Source: an uncultured Actinomycetota bacterium (GTDB lineage Bacteria > Actinomycetota > Actinomycetes > JAHEKZ01). Taken from it: DNA of 64,000 bases. The notes beneath the pieces are model-generated. The model did not search any database. It was not told the origin of the DNA and saw only the letters and a program-made list of their open reading frames with translations. Within the stretch, counting starts at the first letter, position 1. Every line of letters starts with the position of its first letter. Below are positions 20,947 through 31,046 of the stretch, in pieces. The DNA is taken from contig CAVQYR010000001.1 of assembly GCA_963718235.1 (NCBI GenBank), positions 96,001 through 160,000 on the forward strand. Direction: 5' to 3'. Both the position numbers and the translations under genes were made by a program.

Positions 20947-20972
20947 CCGACGCCGGTCGCCCCCGGCCGGGC

Positions 20973-22112
20973 TCACCCGGCGGGATGGTCTCCGACGAGC
21001 ACGACCTGCTGCGTCGGCTCCGGCACCCCGTCCACCGGGTGCGCACTCACCTCACCGCACACCCACGCGTCCATGCCCTGTTCGGCCAGGGTCGAGAGTG
21101 TCTCGGCGACGCCGTCCGCCCCGACGACGGCCACCATGCCGACCCCGTCGTTGAACGTGCGCTCCCGCTCGTCCCGCTCGACCCCACCCAGGGCGGCGAT
21201 CAGGCCGAACACCGGCGCAGGAGTCCAGGTACTGCGGTCGACGACGGCGGACAGGTGGCTCGGCAGCACCCGGGCGAGGTTGGCCGCCAGCCCGCCCCCG
21301 GTGACATGGGAGAACGCATGCACCTGGCAGGCCGGGCGGCGCGCCAGGGCCAGGCAGTCCAGCGCGTAGACCCTGGTCGGCTCGAGGAGCTCCTCACCGA
21401 GTGTGCGGCCGAGCTCGTCGACGTGGCGGTCGACGTCCCAGCCACTGATCGTGAAGAGCACGTGACGGGCCAGGGAGTAGCCGTTGGAGTGCAGGCCTGA
21501 GCTGCGCAGGGCGATGAGCACGTCGCCGGCGGCAACCCGTTGCGGTCCGAGCAACGCGTCGGCCTCGACCACGCCGGTACCCGCCCCAGCGACGTCGTAC
21601 TCGTCGACGTCCAGCAGTCCCGGGTGCTCGGCGGTCTCACCTCCGACCAGCGCCGCGCCGGCCAGCCGGCACCCCGCCGCGATGCCGGAGACGATCGCCG
21701 CGATGCGCTCGGGCACCACCGAGCCGCACGCGATGTAGTCAGTCATGAACAGAGGCTCGGCGCCGCACACGACCAGGTCGTCGAGCACCATCGCTACGAG
21801 GTCGATCCCGATCGTGTCGTGGACGTCCATCCGCCGGGCGATGTCGACCTTGGTTCCGACCCCATCGGTGGCGGTGGCCAGCAGCGGACGGCGGAACCGG
21901 GTCAGGGCGCTGGCGTCGAACAGCCCGGCGAACCCGCCCAGCCCCCCGACGACCTCCGGACGGGTGGCCTTGGCCACCGACTCCTTCATCAGCTCGACCG
22001 CCCGGTCGCCCGCCTCGATCGAGACCCCCGCCGCCGCGTAGCTGGCCCGCGGACGCCCGGCAGAGTCGAGCACCACGTGCGTGCGACCGGGCTCGGGGAT
22101 GGAAGTGCTCAC
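20973..22112 (-). CDS. purM: Phosphoribosylformylglycinamidine cyclo-ligase
   Basis: YAAAGVSI, TDGVGTK, GGETAEHPG, SSGLHSNGYSL, HVTGGG. Confidence 0.97.
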   Translation of the reverse strand: MSTSIPEPGRTHVVLDSAGRPRASYAAAGVSIEAGDRAVELMKESVAKATRPEVVGGLGGFAGLFDASALTRFRRPLLATATDGVGTKVDIARRMDVHDTIGIDLVAMVLDDLVVCGAEPLFMTDYIACGSVVPERIAAIVSGIAAGCRLAGAALVGGETAEHPGLLDVDEYDVAGAGTGVVEADALLGPQRVAAGDVLIALRSSGLHSNGYSLARHVLFTISGWDVDRHVDELGRTLGEELLEPTRVYALDCLALARRPACQVHAFSHVTGGGLAANLARVLPSHLSAVVDRSTWTPAPVFGLIAALGGVERDERERTFNDGVGMVAVVGADGVAETLSTLAEQGMDAWVCGEVSAHPVDGVPEPTQQVVLVGDHPAG

Positions 22113-23701
22113 GGGCGGCTCAGCGCATCGCGCGCCCCGCCACCACCGACGAGCGTGGCCAGGCCGTCGACGTCGACGCCGGTCGCAGTGGTCGGCCCGG
22201 CGGTGACGGCTCGGTCCGCCGCCGCCGACCCGGGCTCGAGCAGGTGCTTGCCCAGCTGGTCGGCATCGGGAAGAGCGAGCGGGTACTCACCGGAGAAGCA
22301 GGCGGTGCACAACCGGTCGGCCGGCAGGGTGGTCGACTCGACCAGCTCGTCGAGGGAGATGAACGACAACGAGTCGGCCCCGATCGACTGGCAGATCTCG
22401 TCGACCGCCAGCCCGTTGGCGATCAGCTCGGCCCTGGTCGCGAAGTCGATCCCGTAGAAGCACGGCCACTTGACCGGGGGGCTGCTGATCCGTACGTGCA
22501 CCTCGGCCGCCCCGGCCTCGCGCAGCATGCGGACCAGGGCCCGCTGGGTGTTGCCGCGCACGATCGAGTCGTCGACGACGACCAGCCGCTGGCCGTGGAT
22601 CACGTCGCGCAGTGGGTTCAGCTTCAGCCGGATGCCGAGCTGCCGGATCGTCTGGGACGGCTGGATGAAGGTGCGCCCGACGTAGGCGTTCTTGACGAGT
22701 CCCTGGGCGTAGGCGATGCCAGACTCCTGCGCGTAGCCGATCGCCGCCGGGGTTCCGGACTCCGGAACCGGGATCACCAGGTCGGCCTCGACCGGCGCCT
22801 CGCGGGCCAGCCGTCGTCCGACCTCGACCCTGGTCTCATGGACGCCACGCCCGGCGATCGTCGTGTCGGGTCGGGCCAGGTAGACGTACTCGAAGATGCA
22901 GCCCTTCGGGTCGGCCGGGGCGAAGCGCACGCTGCGCAGCCCCTCCTCGTCGACGACGAGCATCTCCCCCGGCTCGACCTCGCGGACGAAGGCCGCCCCC
23001 ACGATGTCCAGGGCTGCGGTCTCCGAGGCCACGACCCATCCGCGCTCGAGCCGGCCGAGGACCAGGGGACGGATGCCCTGCGGATCGCGCGCGGCATAAA
23101 GGGTCCGCTCGTCCATGAACACCAGGCAGAAGGCCCCGCGCAGCTGGGGCAGCAGCTCGAGCGCCGCCTGCTCGAGGGTGGGGGCCTCGTGGTGGGCGAG
23201 CAGCAATGTGAGGAGGTCGGTGTCGCTCGTGGCCCCCGACGTCGGCGTGCCAGGCAGCAGCAGCTCGCCGTGGGAGACCGCCTGCTCGTCAGCCAGGCGG
23301 GCGAGGTCGCCGGTGTTGATCAGGTTGCCGTTGTGGCCCAGGGCGACCCCGCCGGAGGCGGTCGACCGGAAGGTGGGCTGGGCGTTCTCCCAGACGCTCG
23401 ACCCGGTCGTGGAGTAGCGGGTGTGGCCGATGGCCAGGTAGCCCTGCAGCGCGTTCAGGTGGGTCTCGTCGAACACCTGGGCCACCAGGCCCATGTCCTT
23501 GTAGACGACGATCTGGTTGCCGTCGCTGACCGCGATCCCGGCCGACTCCTGGCCGCGGTGCTGCAGCGCGTACAGGCCGAAGTAGGTCAGCTTCGCGACC
23601 TCTTCGCCGGGGGCCCACACGCCGAAGACCCCGCAGGCGTCCTGCGGGCCCTTGTCGTCGGGGAGCAGATCATGGGTGAGTCGACCATCGCCGCGCGTCA
23701 C
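22109..23701 (-). CDS. purF: Amidophosphoribosyltransferase
   Basis: DACGVFG, LQHRGQESAG, HNGNL, VDDSIVRGNT; GTG start 7 nt after TAGGAT. Confidence 0.97.
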   Translation of the reverse strand: MTRGDGRLTHDLLPDDKGPQDACGVFGVWAPGEEVAKLTYFGLYALQHRGQESAGIAVSDGNQIVVYKDMGLVAQVFDETHLNALQGYLAIGHTRYSTTGSSVWENAQPTFRSTASGGVALGHNGNLINTGDLARLADEQAVSHGELLLPGTPTSGATSDTDLLTLLLAHHEAPTLEQAALELLPQLRGAFCLVFMDERTLYAARDPQGIRPLVLGRLERGWVVASETAALDIVGAAFVREVEPGEMLVVDEEGLRSVRFAPADPKGCIFEYVYLARPDTTIAGRGVHETRVEVGRRLAREAPVEADLVIPVPESGTPAAIGYAQESGIAYAQGLVKNAYVGRTFIQPSQTIRQLGIRLKLNPLRDVIHGQRLVVVDDSIVRGNTQRALVRMLREAGAAEVHVRISSPPVKWPCFYGIDFATRAELIANGLAVDEICQSIGADSLSFISLDELVESTTLPADRLCTACFSGEYPLALPDADQLGKHLLEPGSAAADRAVTAGPTTATGVDVDGLATLVGGGGARDALSRP

Positions 23702-23761
23702 CTGCCTCATCCTACCCACCGCCCAGGCCCGACCCCCGCGCCCGCCCCGCACCACCATCCT

Positions 23762-23829
23762 CAAGTTGATCTTGGACTTGATGTGCCCTCTCGACCTATC
23801 TGGACCGCAACTTCTCCATGATCAACGTG
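23762..23829. repeat. 68-bp palindromic dispersed repeat, copy 1
   Basis: CAAGTTGATCTTGG...CCATGATCAACGTG; 57/68 identical to 34795-34862 by manual alignment. Confidence 0.85.
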
Positions 23830-24649
23830 AAGGTCGGGGTGGACGACGGGTCGATCAGCTCGAAGTGGCCGCAGTCAACCTCGACGAGCTCGACCGCGCC
23901 GGTGCCGCCAGCCGCCCGCCCGTGCCCCACCGGGCCGGTGCTGCCAGCCGCCGGCCCGCGGCCGGGTGTGACCGCGTCGACGTAGCGCCGGGAGACCTCC
24001 AGGGGCACCACGTCGTCGGCGCGGCCGTGGACCACGGTGGTCGGCACCCCCGGCGCGGGCAGCACCGCGGGGTCGGCGGCGGCGTACCGCTGCGGCCACT
24101 CGTCCGGTGGGCCACCCAGCAAGGCCTCGACCGCGGCGTCGCTGAGGCCGAGCCGCCAGGCCGTGGCCAGGTCGGAGACCGGCGCCAGAGCCACCACTGC
24201 GTCGAGCCCGCGCGGCGGGCACCTCGTCGCTGCCCACAGGGCGAGATGGCCGCCTGCCGAGTGGCCCACCAGGACCACGCGCGGCGTGCCGTCGTCGCGC
24301 GAGGCAACCGCGACGGGTGCGAGGTCGGCGACCGAGGTCGGCAGCTGCGCGCACGCGGCCGCGACGTCGTCGAAGGTGGCCGGCCACCCACCGCCACCGC
24401 CCACCCGTCGGTACTCGACGGACACCACCACGTGACCGGCCGCCGCCACTGCAACCGTGCGAACGGGGCCAGGTGTGTGCGGTCGTAGGCCTCGCGCCAG
24501 AACCCGCCGTGCAAGGCGAGCACCACGGGTGCGGGCTCGGCCACCGGCGGGGGCAGGTACACGTCGGCCACCTGGTCCGGGTGGCTGCCGTAGCGGACCA
24601 GGGCGTCAGGCGGGCGGGTCGGGTCCGAGGGAGCAACCTCGTCCCTCAC
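23796..24649 (-). pseudogene. Alpha/beta hydrolase (probable kynurenine formamidase-type) with a frameshift near 24457
   Basis: N-half YGSHPDQVADVY..LHGGFW in one frame; VEYRRVG..GHSAGG..HGRADDVVP..GHFELID in another. GTG start overlaps the kynU stop (GTGA). Confidence 0.75.
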
Positions 24650-25899
24650 GTGACCCGCCTGACGGCGGTACCCCGATAGCCCCCCGACGAGACCAGGGCC
24701 TCGATCCGGTCGACGCCGTCCCACACCTCCACGAACGAGGACGACGACGGGGCCGGCGACAGACGGATCAGGTCAGGTGGCCGCACATCGGGAACGACGT
24801 TGGCCTTCTCCACCAGCGCAGCACCGATCGGCGCAGCATCAGGATGGGAGAGCACGATGTGTCCACCCCGGCGCTCCGGGTCGGTTGGGCTACGCAGGGT
24901 GAACCCCAACGGCACCAGCCGAATCGTGACCAGCTCGACGAGGTAGCTCACGAGCTGCTGGGAACGACGCCGCAGAGCGTCGATCCCCACCTCGACCAGC
25001 ATCGCCGCGCTCTCATCGACGGCGGACATGCCCAGCACCGACTGGGTACCGGTGAGGAACCTGGACAGGTCAGGCGCGGGGGCGAACGGTGCATCCATGT
25101 CGAACGGCTCAGGCTGGGCCCACCAGCCGCGGATGGGATTGCCCAGCTGGCCCTGCAGTCCCCTCCGGACGAACAGGAAACCCGGGGCACCGGGCCCGGC
25201 GTTCAGGTACTTGTACGTGCAGCCCACGGCCAGGTCGACGTCCCCTGCGTCGAGCTCGACCGGGACCGCGCCGGCGCTGTGCGCGAGGTCCCACAGGGCC
25301 AGCGCTCCCGCCGCATGCACCACCTCGTTGATCCCGCGGACGTCGGCGATGACACCACTGCGGTAGTCGACGTGCTGCAGCGCCACCACCGCGACGTCGC
25401 TGCCGAGTGCTGACCGCACCTGGTCGACCGAGACCCCGTCGACGGGGTCCGACTCGATCCAGCGCACCGATGCCCCTGTCATGGCAGCGATGCCCTCGAC
25501 GACGTAGCGGTCCGTGGGGAACGACCGCGCGTCGCTGACCACCACCGTGCGCGACGCGTCCCGGTCCAGAGCCGCCGCCACGAGCTTGAAGAGGTTGACC
25601 GTGATCGAGTCGGTGACGAGCACCTGACCTGGAGCGGCACCGAGCAGGCCGGATCCGAGCCGGTCGCCGACCAGCGTCGGCAGGTCGAACCAGTGGTGCC
25701 ACCCGCGCACGCCCTCACCACCCCATTCGCGGGTCACGACGTCGGCCAGCCGGTCGCGAGTGCGACGAGGGAGCATGCCCAGGCTGTTGCCGTCGAGGTA
25801 CACCAGGTCGGGGTCGTCACGCACGAACAGGCTCGGAAGGTGACCCAGGGGGTCCGCGGCGTCACGGGCGACCGCATCGTCTCGCGAGAGCTCCGTCAT
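24646..25899 (-). CDS. kynU: Kynureninase
   Basis: YLDGNSLG, FPTDRY, WDLAHSAGAVP, GCTYKYLNAGPG. Confidence 0.93.
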   Translation of the reverse strand: MTELSRDDAVARDAADPLGHLPSLFVRDDPDLVYLDGNSLGMLPRRTRDRLADVVTREWGGEGVRGWHHWFDLPTLVGDRLGSGLLGAAPGQVLVTDSITVNLFKLVAAALDRDASRTVVVSDARSFPTDRYVVEGIAAMTGASVRWIESDPVDGVSVDQVRSALGSDVAVVALQHVDYRSGVIADVRGINEVVHAAGALALWDLAHSAGAVPVELDAGDVDLAVGCTYKYLNAGPGAPGFLFVRRGLQGQLGNPIRGWWAQPEPFDMDAPFAPAPDLSRFLTGTQSVLGMSAVDESAAMLVEVGIDALRRRSQQLVSYLVELVTIRLVPLGFTLRSPTDPERRGGHIVLSHPDAAPIGAALVEKANVVPDVRPPDLIRLSPAPSSSSFVEVWDGVDRIEALVSSGGYRGTAVRRVT

Positions 25900-25932
25900 C
25901 GGCTCAGTATCGAGCCCCTCGGCTGAGCGGGG

Positions 25933-26760
25933 CTACATCAGGCCGCCGCCACGGCCGGCGTCCTCTTCCTTGGACAGCTTCTGGGACGCCCAGATCGGCA
26001 GGATCGACACGATGATCACGACGGTGGCCACCACGTTGACCACCGGTCCGGCCGTGGGCCGGAACAGGCTGTTGAAGATCCACAGCGGCAGGGTCTCGAT
26101 GCCAGGCCCGGCGACGAACCGGGTGACGATGATCTCGTCGAACGACAGCCCGAAGGCCAGCAGGGCGCCGGCGACCAGCGCCCCCCTCACCGCGGGGAAG
26201 GTCACGAACCGAAAGGTCTGGAACGAGTCCGCACCGAGGTCCATCGACGCCTGCTCGACCGAGCCGGACATCCGCCGGAGCCGGGCCAGCGCGTTGTTGT
26301 AGATGACGACGATCGTGAACGTCACGTGGCCCAGGATCAAGGTCACCCAGCCGAACGAGATCCCGAGGTAAGGGTCCAGCACCGTGCGCACCGAAGCGGC
26401 CAGGGCGATCCCTGTGACGATGCCGGGAAGGGCGATGGGCAGCACGACGAGGAAGGACACCGACTCGCGCCCGAACCACCGGTAGCGCTGGATCGAGAAG
26501 GCGAGCATCGTGCCGAGCACGATCGACACCACCGTGGCGACCGAGGCAAGGGCGATCGACCGGCCGAACGCCGCGATGGCCTCGGAGTCCTGGGCTGCCT
26601 TGCCCCACCACTCCAGGGTCAGGCCCTTGGGGGGAAACGTGAACGACTGGCTCACGTTGAACGAGTTGATGACCACGATCGCCAGCGGCAGGTACAGGAA
26701 GAGCAGGCCGAGCACCAGTAGTCCGAGGAGCACCGCGCGGGAGCTGCGTGACAAGGTCAT
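25933..26760 (-). CDS. Polyamine-type ABC transporter permease (PotC-like)
   Basis: FLYLPL, EQASMDLGA (EAA loop), SFDEIIVT, TLPLWI. Confidence 0.9.
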   Translation of the reverse strand: MTLSRSSRAVLLGLLVLGLLFLYLPLAIVVINSFNVSQSFTFPPKGLTLEWWGKAAQDSEAIAAFGRSIALASVATVVSIVLGTMLAFSIQRYRWFGRESVSFLVVLPIALPGIVTGIALAASVRTVLDPYLGISFGWVTLILGHVTFTIVVIYNNALARLRRMSGSVEQASMDLGADSFQTFRFVTFPAVRGALVAGALLAFGLSFDEIIVTRFVAGPGIETLPLWIFNSLFRPTAGPVVNVVATVVIIVSILPIWASQKLSKEEDAGRGGGLM

Positions 26761-26764
26761 GGCG

Positions 26765-27667
26765 TCAGAGCTCGCTCAGTGCGCCGGTGCGCCGCACGAG
26801 GAACAGGTAGAGGAGAACGATCACCACGGGGACGAGTGACAACGCCGCTGCGATCGGCAGGTTGTACACCTGCTGGGCGTACACGAGGTTGCCGAGGAAC
26901 TGCACCTTGCCACCCACGAGCTCGACGGCGATGTAGTCACCCAGGGTCAGCGAGAACGTGAAGATCGAGCCGGCGATCACACTCGGGACAATGATCGGCA
27001 GGATCACCGATCGGAAGGTGCGGCCTGACTTGGCCCCGAGATCGGCGGATGCGTCGAGCAGGGAGTTGGGCAGGCGCTCGAGCCCGGCGTAGATCGGCAG
27101 GATCATGTAGGGCAACCACAGGTAGCCCAGCGTCAGCACCGTGAACCAGTAGTTCCCGTTGGGCGCGTCGATGCCGAACGGCTTGAGCAGCCAGTCGGCG
27201 GGGCCGTCGTTGGAGAAGATCGCCCGCCACGCGTAGGCCTTGACCAGGTAGGAGGCCCACAGAGGGGCGAGCACGGCGATGACGAGCAGCCGTTGGGCCC
27301 GGACCGACGCGACCTTCGCCATGTAGAAGGCCATCGGAAGCGCGATCAGTGCATCGGCGACCGTGACGACGATCGCGGCCAGCAGGGTACGTCCGGTGAC
27401 GACCCGGTAGACCTCGGTGGTGAGGATCGTCTGGAAGTTGTCCAGGCTCCAGGTGTGGATCACGTTCCCAGTGAACGAGTCTGTGGTCCACAGCGAGTTG
27501 AGCAGGAGCAGGAACAGCGAGCCCAGGTAGACGACGACCAAGAACCCCAGCGGCAGCGCCACGAGCAGCAGCAGTCGGGTCAGCGGATGACGGTGCAGGA
27601 ACGCCGACAGCCTGCGCCCCGGCCCACGGCTGGGGGCCGCGACCGCAGGAGCAGTCGTCGTCATCAC
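26765..27667 (-). CDS. Polyamine-type ABC transporter permease (PotB-like)
   Basis: PLWASYLVKAYAW, LPYMILPIY, LDASADLGA. Confidence 0.9.
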   Translation of the reverse strand: MMTTTAPAVAAPSRGPGRRLSAFLHRHPLTRLLLLVALPLGFLVVVYLGSLFLLLLNSLWTTDSFTGNVIHTWSLDNFQTILTTEVYRVVTGRTLLAAIVVTVADALIALPMAFYMAKVASVRAQRLLVIAVLAPLWASYLVKAYAWRAIFSNDGPADWLLKPFGIDAPNGNYWFTVLTLGYLWLPYMILPIYAGLERLPNSLLDASADLGAKSGRTFRSVILPIIVPSVIAGSIFTFSLTLGDYIAVELVGGKVQFLGNLVYAQQVYNLPIAAALSLVPVVIVLLYLFLVRRTGALSEL

Positions 27668-27682
27668 ACCGAGCCCTTCTGC

Positions 27683-27730
27683 CGCTGACGGGGGTGCGGT
27701 GACCGTCTGGTCACCGCACCCCCGTCAGCG
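27683..27730. terminator. Perfect 22-bp intercistronic hairpin after the substrate-binding protein gene
   Basis: CGCTGACGGGGGTGCGGTGACC-GTCT-GGTCACCGCACCCCCGTCAGCG. Confidence 0.8.
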
Positions 27731-27766
27731 ATCAACAGTGCTGCTTCAGATCAACGCGCGGTCAGG

Positions 27767-28951
27767 TCACGCACCACGCAGGTTGGTCCACGCAGTGACC
27801 CACTCCGAGTAGTCCTTGCAGACGACGTCGGTACGACCGTCCAAGCACTCCTTACGCGGAGTGTTCCAGTAGTAGACGTTCGTCCAGTAGTCCTCCTCGG
27901 TCGCGTGGAACACGTCGCAGTGGTCCTTGTCGGCCGTGAGCTCACAGGACTTCTCGTTCGCCGGCGCCTCGCCGAAGAACTCCGCCACGTCGGCGTTGGC
28001 CTGCGGCGAGACGATGTGGTCCATCCACAGGTAGGCACAGTTCGGGTGCTCGGCCTGCGAGGAGATCATCCACGTGTCGGACCAGCCCGTCGCGCCATCG
28101 GCGGGCTTGACGGTCTTGATCGGCGCATCCAGCGCGGCGTAGTTGGCGTTGACCTGCCAGGACCAGCCGAGCACGACATCGCCCTTGACGAAGTCCTGGA
28201 TCTGCTGGTTGTAGTCCGACCAGTAGTTGGCCAGGATCGGCTCCTGTGCCTCGAGCGCGGCGATCGCCGCGTCGAACTGGGTCTGGTCCAGCGAGTACGG
28301 GTCGGTGATCCCCAGGTCTGGCTGGGTCTCCATCAGGTACACCGCCGCGTCGGCGATGTAGATCGGCGAGTCGTAGCCGGTGATCTTCCCGGCATAGGGG
28401 CTGTTCGGGTCGAAGATGTCCGACCAGGCGGTCGGTGCCGGCTTGACGATGTCGCTGCGCCACTGGACCAGGTTGGCCCCACGACCGTGGGGGATGCCGT
28501 AGTTCACACCGTTGACGGTGTTCCACGACTGGTCCTTGAGGCCGTCGAAGATATCGGCGTAGTTGGGCACGAGGTCGGTGTTCACCGGGGCCACATCGCC
28601 GCCGTAGATCAGACGCAGCGACGCGTCGCCTGAAGCGGAGACGACGTCGTACTGACCGGTCTTCATCAACGTGACTGCTTCGTCGGACGTCGGGAAGTAG
28701 GTCACCTTGGCCTTGCAGCCGGTCTCCTCCTCGAAGGGCTTGACCCACGACTTCTCGGCATATCCCGGCCACGCCAGGATGTTGACGGCACCCTCGCCGT
28801 CACCGACGGCCGTAGCTGCGGGGATGTCCGGCGGGTTTCCGGCGGCAGCGGTCGAGCCGCCATCGGTCTCATCGCCGCCCCCACACGCCGTGGCGACGAG
28901 CGCGACTGCACCAAGGGTGGCAGCCAGTCTGAGCAGACGCTTACGCGGCAT
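27767..28951 (-). CDS. Polyamine-type ABC transporter substrate-binding lipoprotein (PotD-like)
   Basis: Lipobox VATAC, AWPGYAE, YDVVSASGDA, GWSDTWMI; GGAGG RBS before MPRKR. Confidence 0.9.
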   Translation of the reverse strand: MPRKRLLRLAATLGAVALVATACGGGDETDGGSTAAAGNPPDIPAATAVGDGEGAVNILAWPGYAEKSWVKPFEEETGCKAKVTYFPTSDEAVTLMKTGQYDVVSASGDASLRLIYGGDVAPVNTDLVPNYADIFDGLKDQSWNTVNGVNYGIPHGRGANLVQWRSDIVKPAPTAWSDIFDPNSPYAGKITGYDSPIYIADAAVYLMETQPDLGITDPYSLDQTQFDAAIAALEAQEPILANYWSDYNQQIQDFVKGDVVLGWSWQVNANYAALDAPIKTVKPADGATGWSDTWMISSQAEHPNCAYLWMDHIVSPQANADVAEFFGEAPANEKSCELTADKDHCDVFHATEEDYWTNVYYWNTPRKECLDGRTDVVCKDYSEWVTAWTNLRGA

Positions 28952-28977
28952 CTGCGGCCTCCGTTCCTGTTGTTCGG

Positions 28978-30087
28978 TCACGTGGCATCAGCCACGCGAA
29001 ACTCGTGTGTCTTGTTCCAGATCAGACGCACACGGGTGTTGCGGTATCCCGAGACGTCAGAGGACGACGACTCCAGGTTCTGTTGCACGGCGACCAGACG
29101 GCCGCCTGCCTCGAGGTCGACGATGAAGCGGGTGAAGGCGCCGACGTACTCGACCTCGTGCACCGACCCCAGGGCCGAGTCCTCGTCGGACGCAGGTCGG
29201 GTCTCGACGCCGGACACGCGGATCTTCTCCGGCCTGATCGAGAAGGTGCCGTCTTCGCCCACGATCTGTCGGGCGGCGTCGCCGGCCACCAGGTTCGACG
29301 TGCCGACGAAGCCGGCGACGAACGGGCTCGCCGGCTGCTCGTAGATCTCCGCGGGTGTCCCGAGCTGCTGGATCCGGCCGGCGTCGAAGACCGCGATCCG
29401 GTCCGACATGGTGAGCGCCTCTTCCTGGTCGTGCGTGACGAACACGAACGTGATCCCGACCTCGCGCTGCAGCTCCTTCAGCTCGACCTGCATCTCCTGG
29501 CGCAGCTTGAGGTCCAGGGCCCCCAGAGGCTCGTCGAGCAGAAGCACCCGCGGGCGGTTGACCAAGGCTCGGGCCAGCGCAACCCGCTGGCGCTGACCTC
29601 CCGACAGCTGGCTGGGCTTGCGGGCCCCGTAGTCGGCGAGCCGGACGGCGGCCAGTGCGCTAGAGGCCCGCTCCCGGCGATCGGCCTTGGGCACCTTCTT
29701 GACCCGCAGGCCGTACTCGATGTTCTGCAGCACCGTCATGTGCGGGAACAGCGCGTAGTCCTGGAACACCGTGTTGACATCTCGGTCGAAGGGCGCCTTC
29801 TGCGAGACGTCCTCCCCGGACAACAGAATGGTTCCCGACGTGGGCAGCTCGAACCCGGCGATCATCCGGAGCACCGTGGTCTTGCCCGAGCCCGACGGGC
29901 CGAGCAGCGTGAGGAACTCGCCGTCGACGATGTCGAGGTCGACGTCGTCGACGGCGACGACGTCACCGAAGGTCTTGCGCAGTCCACGCAGCGACACCGC
30001 TGTGCGTCCCGACGACCCCACGGATGGGCCGGAGGAGACCGCGGCTGACTGCGGCATCGCTATCGCACTCCCCATCGCTTCGATCAT
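28978..30087 (-). CDS. Polyamine-type ABC transporter ATP-binding protein (PotA-like); start uncertain
   Basis: [30 protein letters not shown]; C-terminal TOBE. Confidence 0.93.
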   Translation of the reverse strand: MIEAMGSAIAMPQSAAVSSGPSVGSSGRTAVSLRGLRKTFGDVVAVDDVDLDIVDGEFLTLLGPSGSGKTTVLRMIAGFELPTSGTILLSGEDVSQKAPFDRDVNTVFQDYALFPHMTVLQNIEYGLRVKKVPKADRRERASSALAAVRLADYGARKPSQLSGGQRQRVALARALVNRPRVLLLDEPLGALDLKLRQEMQVELKELQREVGITFVFVTHDQEEALTMSDRIAVFDAGRIQQLGTPAEIYEQPASPFVAGFVGTSNLVAGDAARQIVGEDGTFSIRPEKIRVSGVETRPASDEDSALGSVHEVEYVGAFTRFIVDLEAGGRLVAVQQNLESSSSDVSGYRNTRVRLIWNKTHEFRVADAT

Positions 30088-30243
30088 GGGCGCTCGGACC
30101 GTACGCGGTTCGCCCAGGGATACCGTCTCCGGTGAACGCAGTAAACCCCGCAGGTGGGGGCCGCACCTAGTGCTCGGCCAGGCTGCGCAGCAATCGTTAC
30201 CCGGTCGTCATGCGCCGCCGTCGACCGCTCACGGGAGCGCGCC

Positions 30244-31026
30244 TCAGCCGAGCAGCGGGAGCAGGTCTGAGAGGTCGGCCCGCTGCCCACTGGCCCGGAC
30301 CTGCCCCGCGGCCACCGCCTGCCCCCACGTCTGGCGACCCGCGGCGAGGCGCAGCCAGGTGACGGCGTCGGTCTCGACCACCGCAGGTGGCGTGCCCCGG
30401 GTGTGGGCCGGCCCAGCCACGCACTGGACGGCGCCGAACGGCGGGATGCGCAGCTCCACGCTCTGCCCGGGTGCGCGCGTCGCCGCCACCCCGGTCAGAC
30501 ATCGGACGGCGTGCTGCAGCGCAGCCCGGGTCATGGGTGGCCCGGAGGGGAGCGAGCGACCCAGATCGTCGCCGTGCACGGTGAGCTCGACCAGTCGGGT
30601 GAGCAAGAAGTCATCGATCCGCACCGGCCCCCGCCGAGCAGCCACCACCCGCGCCCCGTCGCCACCTGCGGCGACGAAGGCGGACATGGCCTGGGTGACG
30701 GCGAGTGCCCGGTCATCGAGTGTCTGCAGGACCGGGCTCGTCGCCATGTCGCGCGTGCGGGTGGAGATCATGACTGCACCACCTGCGTAGCTCGCCAGGT
30801 AGTCCGACAGCGACAGGGGCCGTTTCGTCGTCGGAGACCCGGCAGCCAGCGCCAGCGAGTCGGCCACCAGCGCGAAGTGGGCAACGAGCTCACGAACGGT
30901 CCAGCCGGCCACCGCGCTGGGCTGCGCGAAGTCGGAATCGCGAAGCGTTCCAACCCACGTGCGAAAGGCCCGCCACTGCTCGTCGTAGGCGGCCTGCAGC
31001 TTGTCGAGGGAAGCGCGCCTGGGCAT
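30244..31026 (-). CDS. MDMPI/DinB-like N-domain plus sterol-carrier-like C-domain protein
   Basis: GWTVRELVAH, TRLVELTVHGDDL, PGQSVELRIPPFGAVQC..GPAHTRGTPP; typical purL neighbour. Confidence 0.82.
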   Translation of the reverse strand: MPRRASLDKLQAAYDEQWRAFRTWVGTLRDSDFAQPSAVAGWTVRELVAHFALVADSLALAAGSPTTKRPLSLSDYLASYAGGAVMISTRTRDMATSPVLQTLDDRALAVTQAMSAFVAAGGDGARVVAARRGPVRIDDFLLTRLVELTVHGDDLGRSLPSGPPMTRAALQHAVRCLTGVAATRAPGQSVELRIPPFGAVQCVAGPAHTRGTPPAVVETDAVTWLRLAAGRQTWGQAVAAGQVRASGQRADLSDLLPLLG

Positions 31027-31046
31027 GCGTGGCTGCGCCCTTCGTG

